From Halocafeteria seosinensis (Eukaryota): 20,000 nt of DNA. Shown piece after piece: positions 10,805 to 20,000 of the stretch (within the stretch, counting starts at the first letter, position 1; each line of letters begins with the position of its first letter). The stretch lies in the NCBI GenBank assembly GCA_001687465.1, contig LVLI01000135.1, positions 115,010-135,009 on the forward strand, written 5' to 3'. Below the pieces are notes generated by a model. It made no database searches. It worked only from the letters and a program-made list of their open reading frames with translations, and was not told the origin of the DNA. The position numbers and the translations under genes are program-made.

Positions 10805-13800
10805 ATGTACACTTGTAGAGACACACAGTGCTCTGCAACGTTTCGGTCGCATAGCGGACGGAGGAAACATGAGATATCTCGGCATCCAAACATCTGCAAG
10901 GTCGGATCCCAAAAGTGTCCGGAGTGTGAGCACTTCAGCACCACAAAGGAAGACTTATACACCCATCTGAAAACACATCACAACGGGCAAACCAGCTCCT
11001 ACGTCTTGACGCAGCGAAATGGAAAAATGGAGGCCTGTTGGAGCTTTCACGAGAAATACCCGGAGCCTGTTATGAAGGAATTTAAGGGAGGGGCGGCAGT
11101 GAGCGAATATCTCGCGTGGATTGACGGGATATTCATCTACAATGGCTCACGTTACGTCCGCCGAGGTGGCAACTGCAGCGGAGGAACCCGATGTTATCTA
11201 CAAGAGCACTGCGATAGACCATCATGCATTTCCCATGTCAAACTTTATGTAAAATACGAGGAGGGAAACGGAGCCTGTCCTGCATCGGATCCTCTCGAAT
11301 ATCCGGCCCTTCAAACGTTCTTTAAAGGCAGCAAGAAGGGAGACCTAACCCGATCGTTTAATACGATTGACGTTAGGTATCTCCCCGGACACACCCATCA
11401 GCTGGATATCAGAGACGTCCAAAGGCCAACCAAATTGCGCTTGACCACAGCAGCTCTTCACGGTCAATTGAACCAGGGACATTACAAAAGACCACAGTTG
11501 GCCGACATGATTTCAGAGCAATTTTCAGCTTTGGATCAGCGTGACTCAATGAGGGATGCGGCACATATCTCCGACCTGTCCCTGCATCCGTTGGACGTAG
11601 ATGATTTTGTAACCTATCACAAACGGAAGCGGACGACGCAGTTGCGACTGTTGCGCCACGACCGAGTGCTTTTGGACAAGTTCGTGCACGAAGACGAAGG
11701 CCGCTTCGTGCTTTTTTACAAGAGGCCAGGACTCCCACCGGTGGATAACATTAACCTTCTGGAGGCACACTATAACGATAAGTGCCCCATTGGAGAAGAG
11801 GTGCTCATACTGGTCACCGGCAGTCGGGATCAAATCGATGACGTAGTGGACTGCAAAGGCGGCATGGCTCATCTTGACCAGACACACAAGCCGACAATTT
11901 ATGAGAAGATAGGGATGAGTTCCGTCATGGTGAAAAAACGGGAGAAACCAGCAACTGCTGCTGTTCAAGTACTGCTGTCATCGGAGACATCCGAAGTACG
12001 TTGGAAGTTTTCCGTTTGCCGTTGGTATTGCGGCAATTTCCGATGTCCGTTTTACTGCTTGCAGATAGTGATATTTTACCTCCTGGCTCTTAAACAAGCA
12101 TTCGAAAGACAGACAGGAAGGCAAATCCAAGATCACATTAAAATCGTGATGACCGATGATGCATCTGCATACATGAGCGGGGTGCCACAGGTCTGTACTA
12201 CTCTGCGTTGAATGAAAGCTTCCGAAACTTCATGAAAAAGACGTTCAATTGTCTGCCACAGGCTTTTCCTTGGGCTACGCATTTCCTTTGCTGCTGGCAC
12301 CTATCCGGAGCTCTTGGAAAATATCTTGGGAAGCATGGAGTACCCGAAGAACTCATCGAACGTATCAGAGATATGTTCTTCGAGTTCGTTTTCAACTCCA
12401 TTGAAGGGGAACGGAAGGTTGATTTTGAATATCAACTGTTGGCCTCTCTTCACGAAGTAGATCCTATATTTATTGACGGGGTACCTCTCTATCAGCAGTG
12501 GAAGGCGCAAATGTCTCCACACAACTGCACTGATACGTTTGTAAGAGACCGACTTCTTCCTCCAAAAGGAGGGGTTACGAAGTGGTTTATGAACAACTAC
12601 CTGATGCCCAGTAGAATGGACATGTGGAGCCTTCATGAAAAGTTGCGGCGAGTCAGTCTCAATTCCGACCAGTTGGAACAGTTACCGCGCACTAACATAT
12701 GGAACGAATCATTCCATGCCACCATAGTGCGATTACTGAAAAGCCAAGGGGCACACAAAGCACAGCTTACGATAACGCAGTTTGTTGAGAACATACTACT
12801 GACCATCGAGCGCAGAACGTTCCAGCGACATCATCGCTCCAAGCAGTCGTCGGGAGAACGGGAGCGATGCTTTCATAACTTCAACAGGAACGTGGAAGCA
12901 GGACGGAGAGAGTTCTCCCAGCAGCAAATGAACGAGGAAGTCCGAAACGATAGCAGTGACCGGTCAGCTTATAGGAGAGATGACTTTCCAGACGAGGAAG
13001 TTGAAGACTGTATGGCGACGGACGAATACTCTTCGGGGGAAATTGCGCAACATTCTCAACAATGCGGTACATCAGCTGATGTGCAATCCTGTGAGCCCGA
13101 AGCGCAAGCGCAACCTCGGACACTCTCGTCGGCCAGAGAGACGCTCGAAGGACGAGCGAATGTACTACAACACACGACGGAGAGTTCTTCTCCCAGTCGA
13201 ATCCAGCCCACAACCACTGGGCAGTCTTCTTCCGACACATTTTCCATGGAGCGGCTGGAAAACAGAGTCTGCACTGCAATTCAGGAAAGATCGCAGAGTT
13301 CGCTTACCCAAAAGCTGGCAGCAGACAACGCTCTAATGCGCCTTCACAGGGAGCTTCCGGCAAGGAATTATCAGCGAATGTTTGACCCAACAGTTGACCT
13401 ATTCAAAATATCCAAGAATTTCCTTAGAAATAACGAAGAGCGATGCGGTTATAACTTGGTCATGCAGTGCAACGACCTGATGTCACGTCTACAAGCCTTC
13501 AATGAGGAAGTGTCCGCGATGCGCGATAGTCAACACTGGTTCACACCCACATCAACATCTCAGAGGTACCAGAGGCTGGAAAACACATACAGGGAAACAA
13601 CCGACTTCGGGGCTGCCAATAATGACATTCGGTGGAGCCAGGATATCTACACGGACGTACTGGAAGACTTCGAGGATGACAGTTCTTCAAATTACGACGG
13701 TACTCTTGGGGATTTCGCCGATCTCCATCCAGACTACTTCTCCGAGCTTCATAGAACAAGGAACGAATTTAGGGTCCAAAGAAGAGACATAGCGATCAGG

Positions 13801-15884
13801 GTACAAGAAGAGAAAGCCCGCGACAACTTACACACCGCGTTCGGCATTGCTCCGAAGAAGAACAGAAACACATCAAGGGGGAATAAAAAACCGCGCATAA
13901 AGACCGCATCGACCCGGAGGAAGGTCAAAGGTCCACAACAGGGCAGTCTTGAAGACCAAAAGGACGCCTTCAACCCCAATGAAGATGGGGAATTCGAAGA
14001 GCAGTCTACGCGTATGAAGACTGTTGCATCTACCCGACGGAAGCGCAAGTCTCCAGAACAGGGAAGCCTTGAAGGTAAAAAGCACACGTTCAGCGCCGAT
14101 GAAGATGGCGAATCCGAAGAGCGTTTCACGTGTATGAAGAATGCCTTTAGCCGACAAAACCGCAATTCTCCAGAACACGACAGTCTTGAAGGTCAAAGGG
14201 ATGCGCTCAGCACCGATGAAGATGGCGAATCTGAGGAGCATTCGGCGCAATACGGACCATGGGGGGCTCAGGTAGACTCTGTTAAGTCCGGCATTGCAGA
14301 TATCATGCATAACTCTCAGGACAGTTCTTTCCATTTTGCAGACCCGTTCCAAGAACGCAGTGCATCTTCAACAGGCCCGAAAAAGAATCCTCTCGGAGAA
14401 ATTCTACGTGCCGCCTATGATGAGTTACAGGGGGAGCAATTCGCGCAGTTGAGGGAGTCCCTCTACCGGGGCGTCACTGACCCCGATATCGACTGGGTAT
14501 GGGCGTTCAAGTATCCACGGAATATGAAGTACGTGTTACAAGCTCGATGTCTTGGAATCATTTTAACTCTGGCGGTAATACAAATTGCTCCCTGTATTTC
14601 AGATCCACTTTGAACAAGATATTACAACTTTCCCCTGATGATCAGTGTGTAGAGCTACACATCCTAAACAAGTTACTCAAGCAACAGAAAAGCTCCAACA
14701 GAAAAGCAGCTCGCCAACAAAATAAAGGACGTAGTCGAGTGCAGATTAAAAGCGCTCCCCTCACAGGTGACACTGTTGTGCAAAGTAAAATCCGTTGTGC
14801 TGCTGTTAAGCTGACGAAAGCAGCACCAAAAGCATTTATGGTGCCCCTACTTTATGTTGAGTACCTACGGGATCAGCAAACCCGCCAGACGACCGTCGTG
14901 GAAACACATGAATGGAGATGGAAGCCTGCACAGCGCAGAAGCGGAAGGGCCGAGAATGCTTGGGACCAGCTTAGGAACTTGTCAGAGACGGATATCTCCC
15001 TCTTTCATAACGCATGGCACCCACAAAGGCCTGACAATTGTATCGTCGCTGAGATTGGATCCTGGAAAGTTCTGCTAGAGGAGCTTGATCGTCTTGTGAG
15101 TCGGACAGGGTGGCTGCATAGCAACGTGCTCAACGCAGCTGGAGCCCTGTTTCAGCGCTGGGCTGACGCTAGAGGAAGAAGAGTGTGGACAGTAGACTCC
15201 TTTTGCTCCAGCTTTCTAACAGACGCCAGTAGGAATATCCCCAGTTGTAGTCGCGAACCCCGATCATCTAATCCGGAAACGATCATTGCCATTGTCAACA
15301 TTGGCAACGCCCATTGGATTGCTGTAGGTATCTTCGTTGGGAGCCGAAAAATCATTACCTACGATTCATTAGGAAGTCACTACGAAGGCATACTGAGACG
15401 GGCAAAGAAATGGGTCTGCCAACTGACCAAAGCATCTTCGTCACGTTGGGAGCTCCGTTCAGCAACTGCGGAAGAGATGCCTCGACAGTTCAATGGAAAC
15501 GACTGTGGAATTTTCACCGCATGTTTGATAAGAAACTTCGCTACAGGTTGTACGCGCCCATTTTGCCAGAGGAGAATGCCTTGGGAGCGCCAACAGTTGG
15601 CAGTACAGCTGCTGAAGTATTCAGATATGCAAATGTCAGAATCTTACGAGGATAAACGAAAATCCCTAAACCTCCGCGACCCTGAACGGGTTATTCTCGC
15701 GTTCGATAATAGACTCAGCAACGAAGACTACGTTCGTCTGCTCCGTGTGCTAGATCCACTGAACGGACCGACCACCTGGTTGGAACGGACGAGATTGGGT
15801 CGCATACATCCACTGCCCAGAGATTCTAGGAATCGTCACTCGTCATCAAATATGTACTTTACGAGATGGGTAGCCTGTTCATGA
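10805..15884 (+). CDS. MULE transposase-Ulp1 (peptidase C48) fusion, ~1621 aa; exons 10805-11995, 12065-12190, 12262-14528, 14603-15884
   Basis: Two C2H2 fingers (CRDTQC..H..H; CPEC..H..HH) and a CDRPSC...HTH WRKY/GCM1-like motif. Catalytic residues: LDQTHK (D 11876), MTDD (12155), CCWH (12289-12300), TNIWNESFH (E 12706). Ulp1 motifs: GWLHSNVLN, HW (15312), YDS (15363), QFNGNDCG (C 15504). Three GT-AG introns restore a single frame. Confidence 0.85.
11996..12064 (+). other. Intron 1 of transposase (69 nt, in frame, stop-free)
   Basis: GTACGT...TTGCAG; removal gives SSETSE|IVIFYLLALK, which fits the MULE core better than the 23 inserted residues. Confidence 0.7.
12191..12261 (+). other. Intron 2 of transposase (71 nt)
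   Basis: GTCTGT...CACAG; removal gives TDDASAYMSGVPQ|AFPWATHFLCCWH, with the expected MULE D-to-CxxH spacing. Confidence 0.85.
13894..14247 (+). repeat. Three tandem 117-120-bp (39-40 aa) coding repeats in the transposase linker
   Basis: Units start at 13894, 14011 and 14131: xMKT.ASTRRK..SP.QGSLEG.K..F..DEDGESEE. Confidence 0.9.
14529..14602 (+). other. Intron 3 (74 nt) linking the transposase ORF to the Ulp1 ORF
   Basis: GTACGT donor (same as intron 1) ...TATTTCAG; phase 2, AA|A gives NMK-STLNKIL in the frame of ORF 14499..15884. Confidence 0.75.
15085..15615 (+). other. Ulp1/SENP-like cysteine protease domain (intact His-Asp-Cys triad and oxyanion Gln)
   Basis: L..TGWLHSNVLN, DSF, IIAIVNIGNAHW, ITYDSLG, PRQFNGNDCGIF, MPWERQQLAVQLL. 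Confidence 0.9.
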
Positions 15885-18222
15885 ACAAGTAGTTGGGGTA
15901 GCAGTCAGTCTCCTAAACAGGGAGGCCATGCGGTGTGCTACAGAACACCCGCATTTATTGCCAGTTTGATGGACGATAACATGTCCGCGTACTCAAAAGC
16001 CGAAGGGCTTGACAGAGCTGTCCAAGCTGATTTGGAAGATGAACATCTGCAGACAATAATAGTACCAGCGGTTACCCAAAAGGAGCGGCCACAGCTAGGG
16101 TATCGAAACTGCATATCTACAGGCGTACCGTTGAAACGTAAAAACGAACATCTGATGATAAACCAAATCAACGGATTTTATCGTGTGTATTTGGTGTAGA
16201 ACCAATGCCATAGTGTCGAATAATGGACGCACGAATGGGTATGCGCTCTTACGCGCGTTTTTTTGTTGGTTCTGGTGGGCTTACGATGCAGGTATCATCT
16301 GGGCGTCTCGAGGGCATGAGGTGACGCGACACCGTTTCGCATCTCTAACCTGGGATCGCCTAAAATTACAGGCCCGGTACAAATGCTTGTTGAGGAGTGT
16401 CAGGTGAATTATTGGCCATCCGGAGGTGCCAGGGTCAACACCGAGGTTACGAGTTTCTTCGCGATTCAATATGGCCGTGGAGAATCCCTTGAGATAGCCA
16501 TAATGCCGCTCTTGAGTTGTTTCATTTGTAATATAACCTCTGTTTCAGTTTGCGGATCCATAGAATGCTTCAGACCTTTACCGAGGCTGTCTACAACTGT
16601 TGCCCCCGGTTGGCATTTCGACGCTGAGAACTGTTTTACTGCACAGGCGTGAGCTTCCACTTGTAGAACATTGAGGAAATCGGACAATATTTTCCTTCCT
16701 CCTTGCTTGCTAAAGGTTTCAATATGTCTTCCATGCGCATTTCAGGAAAAGCGAGACCTCTCGTTTGCTTCCCTCGTGAATGTTGGTTCCATTTCCACCG
16801 TCTTGCCTCAAAATATTAGGATATTACTTCAGCAACAGTACAATAGGATAATCATGATATGCATCATTTCAGTGTCCTTATGCCCCGCTCGTTTTGGGAT
16901 GTCTACTTCAGCATGAAAAAGCTGAGGGTGATATACCATGCTAGCTTCACAAACACGCGGGAGCTGGGAAGTCTCTTTGACGTTCTCTATTTCTTCAGCG
17001 AGCTGGCCTTTGGGGTCACTCTCCCGTTACAAGAACGCATGTTAAGCAAATATTCATTATAAGTTTCGAAATTTGCTCACAAATCCAGGATGTTGCAGTA
17101 CAATCCTCCGTAAAATCCGTGCCATCGGTAAGGTTCTTCGGATCTGTTCGGCCGCGTCGGGACGCCGGGTTTGCTTCCCCAATGCTAACGTCATAAAACG
17201 TAATCGGCCTTTTCCATACGTGTTACGATGCGTATACTCTTCTTCCCTATGTTTCTACGGAGATTGGTTTGATAATTTGCTTGTATGAAGAATACATTGA
17301 CCTGGGGCTCACCACACGCCCCAGCAGAGTGAGACGGTCCTCCTTGGAAGTGCTTTTCTGTGTTCATTTTGCAGCATTAGAATAAGACGATAATGTAATT
17401 CAATTACTGTTAAATTAAAGAAGAATTTACAAACATATTTTTTTATATGTTTATTAACTTGTGCACAGCTGCGCGACATGGATATAGTGCCGGGGTGCCT
17501 GCTCTGCTAAGCTGTCTGTGTTTTGAAATGTAGGCCACTGTACTTCAACCACAAGCGGACAACGTGTTTCACAAACCTCGTGACGTAATTCACTACAGAA
17601 AACGCGTTCACACGGTATTTTTTGTGCTAGTAAACAATAGAGCACTCAATCCATAGACCCCTACCATTTCCAAAGCCGCCCAACAAGCTCTATTTTTGCT
17701 AAGTCTTGTGACGCGCGTTTTCTGGCCGCACCTTTTGGGTAACCACTGGTACCGGTCCAGCTAAGCACGGGCCATTGGGTCATGTTTTCCATCTTCCTAG
17801 AAGCGTCAACACTGGTGCTCTTTAACCCTAACGAGGGTTCTATCCCTCATGCTGAGGTTAATGCTCACTACAAGCTATTGCAGTGGTGGCTACGACGATG
17901 CCCGTTCCTAGCAAAACGACGAGATAGTAGCTCTTCTTTGCCAGCGTGGACAACAAGAACAGACTCAACTCTCCGAACGGTAACAAACCCACGCGACAGT
18001 GGCATTATGATCATACGGGCGGCTGCTACTCTGGGAGAGGACCACGACGTGTACCTCAGAGACGACATCGACATACACCCGATGGGCAACGTGCGAGAGG
18101 ACGACATGCCGTATCAGAGGAGAAAAATAGCATTAGATATTCTCCGGAGCCGCGATCGGGTACCATCGCATGTATACCACCTTGGTATCCGAAAAACGCA
18201 ACCGGCTTCATCTCAGCTGTAG
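15700..18222 (+). pseudogene. Second Ulp1-like domain: catalytically dead, disrupted by frameshifts/stops and a nested insertion
   Basis: Excising 16065-17749 plus one TA copy joins LQTIIV to PVQLSTGHWVMFSIFLEASTLVLFNP. Downstream TNPRDSGIM and MPYQRRKIALDIL parallel domain 1. Upstream pieces (LSNED, EIGS, MGSLF, TPAFIASL) lie in different frames. Confidence 0.75.
16065..17749. mobile_element. Nested non-autonomous TIR DNA element (~1685 bp), superfamily uncertain
   Basis: 27-bp TIRs: CCAGCGGTTACCCAAAAGGAGCGGCCA (16065-16091) vs 17723-17749, 2 mismatches. Flanked by TA/TA (or GTAC/GTAC if the ends are CAG...CTG). Excision restores the host reading frame; no long ORF inside. Confidence 0.9.
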
Positions 18223-18589
18223 TATATAAGCTCCCTAGATTGTGGACTTCTGCACAGATGTGGGAACTTGGACACCCTCAGCAGTCGTGGTGGAGTCGTT
18301 GAGATCGGCTTCCGAGAAGAATTGTGCCGACAAGCTCTCTTCTCTCCGGAAAATGTAGCGTGGCCGAAACACACACCCTGTACCATTACGTCCAACGAAG
18401 TACTGTATGTGCTGTCCTAGAAATAGCAGCAGTCGCGCTTGTGGCGGCTCAACGAAGGCGTATCCTGTCAGTGGACGATCTCGTTGATACCACCTAACCG
18501 CAGACGGTCGCATCCATTCAGCAAGCAAGTAACATTAACCAAACTCAATCACCATACGTCTATTTTCACCGACGAACGATACGCTATCT

Positions 18590-18703
18590 GAATCTGGCAG
18601 AGTCGACCGACTGGCATTCACTCCGGTCCCTCGGCCCGGCTCACTCCCCCGGGCGACCAGCCCGGTTTGCCTAGGACACTTATGAATTTTACGGTCTACT
18701 CGT
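18590..18703 (-). repeat. Right TIR of MULE (114 bp)
   Basis: GAATCTGGCAGAG...TTACGGTCTACTCGT, 113/114 inverted match to the left TIR. Confidence 0.95.
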
Positions 18704-19687
18704 AAAGGGGGGTCCCTGGGAACCCCCTGTGTAAATTTGGGGACCTTTTTTGTCCCTTTGAGAGTTCCGTTACAATTTACAGAGGGGTCTTTTACTGAAT
18801 TGGTTTATACAGGACTTGTAAGGGAAATTTCAATATGCTACTCAATTTTCCTGATATAACAAAGAAACAGCTACTTATTCAATCAACTGTGGGACCCCTT
18901 CGGCTTTTGGTTCTCTCGATATAGCCCTCTATCTGGAGCGGCTTCACACCATGCTCGGACGAGACAGGAGGCAGTAGGCTTAGGAGCTTTGCAGCACGTA
19001 GGAATGCCCATCTCTCACAGAATAGTGCGCATGCAGCTTATGCAACCTTTCGGCAAACCATTGCTGCAGCTCTTGTGGAATGCGATGACAGATGAAGGGT
19101 TAATGAGCTCTCTAGTCGGCTGTAACAGTGCGCTTTGGGCAAGTGGATGCAAGGAATGCTTTATAATGATGAACTATACCATTCTTGGATGAACTTGAGG
19201 ATGTATGGACGTCCGGACAAATAAACTGGCTTGTGGAGGAGTGGTGATTAGTATGTTCAGGATGTGGAAGTGCTGACATCCCCACACTTGCAGCTCCGGT
19301 TGTCTGCAAGGAAAGGAGGAACTCAAACCCTTTTTGGGTACGACGAGGGTTGATCTTCTCATCCTCAAGACGGTAGTGCTGGTTCGCTCAAGGTAGTTGC
19401 CCGTTTTCCAACGAACAGTCAGTCAGGACGCTCATAAGTTCGCGAAAAGGCGCCTCCCATCATTGTGCATTATTGTGCCTGCCTAACCACTTGAAGTCAG
19501 CATCATTGAACTATTCGGATATCCTAACCACTCTGCCAGACACATGGCTTGCTTCTGGTCGAATCTATTCTCTCCACATTAGCCCTTGTCAGACCTTCCA
19601 TGCTTGCTGCTGAGTAGACATCGACATCGAACGTGCGACAAGGACGCATCAGAGTGACCAGTCCCATCCCACCCATACCAGATAAGA

Positions 19688-20000
19688 ACTTTCTACCAAC
19701 TGGAATCTTATAGAGAAGACTAACCGTACTCTACCTGGTACGACAAAGAAAACTTCCCAGTCCCCAAGAGCTCGTAAGTACCAATGGAGCGACAGGGGCT
19801 CAGGTATACTACTTCTACAAAGTATATCGAATGTATACACGACTACTTTTATTTTATTCCACATCTCAAATAACTACTTTCTACCAACTGGAATCTCATA
19901 GAAAAGACTAGACCATACTCTACCTGGTACGACAAAGAAGACTTCCCAGTCCCCAAGAGCTCTTAAGTACCCTTGGAGCGACAGTGGCTCAGGTATACTA
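19688..20000. repeat. Direct repeat, period ~188-189 bp, at least 2 diverged copies, running off the window
   Basis: 19688-19811 matches 19876-20000 (ACTTTCTACCAACTGGAATCT...GCTCAGGTATACTA) with scattered substitutions and a 1-bp indel. Confidence 0.9.

Larger units (their letters stand above)
10516..18703 (+). mobile_element. Mutator-like (MULE) DNA transposon, 8188 bp, carrying Ulp1-like protease domains and a nested element
   Basis: 114-bp terminal inverted repeats enclose a MULE-type DDE transposase gene. Confidence 0.92.

Noticed and set aside
12208..14613. ORFs 10724, 12208 and 14499 as separate genes or a frameshifted pseudogene
   Set aside because: Canonical GT-AG introns of typical size explain each frame change and restore conserved motif spacing.
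16183..17645. Short ORFs inside the nested element
   Set aside because: All are under 90 aa with no recognisable motif on either strand; no transposase could be reconstructed.
18238..18246. In-frame 'DCG' after the stop at 18222 as the true catalytic Cys of domain 2
   Set aside because: It lies after the domain's C-terminal helix motif (MPYQRRKIAL); the positional equivalent is DSG at 17995-18003.
10516..18703. Zisupton/Kyakuja-Dileera or CACTA assignment because of the Ulp1 domain
   Set aside because: The motifs (DxTHK, TDD, CxxH, TNxxxESFH) and long TIRs fit MULE; the termini are not CACTA.
18900..19680. Possible coding remnant right of the MULE
   Set aside because: Frequent stops in all frames examined and no recognisable motif.
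19688..20000. CRISPR-like array or LTR pair
   Set aside because: Units are long and diverged, with no repeat-spacer pattern and no TG...CA/PBS features visible; the context is eukaryotic.

Overview
Compact eukaryotic (protist-like) genomic DNA with short GT-AG introns of about 50-75 nt. The left half holds a 5'-truncated gene of more than 1587 aa built from two tandem copies of a SAM-methyltransferase-like plus protein-kinase-like module, a possible multi-exon minus-strand gene or relic, and an intronless 1295-aa gene of unknown function. The right half is an 8.19-kb Mutator-like (MULE) DNA transposon (10516-18703) with 114-bp TIRs that are 113/114 identical and no visible TSD. After removing three predicted introns it encodes one ~1621-aa protein: C2H2 fingers, DDE MULE transposase, 3x40-aa repeat linker and an intact Ulp1/C48 protease. 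Behind it lies a second, catalytically dead Ulp1-like domain, split exactly at 'IIV|PV' by a nested 1.68-kb non-autonomous TIR element. Beyond the right TIR are a hairpin-rich stretch, decayed sequence and a ~189-bp-period repeat.
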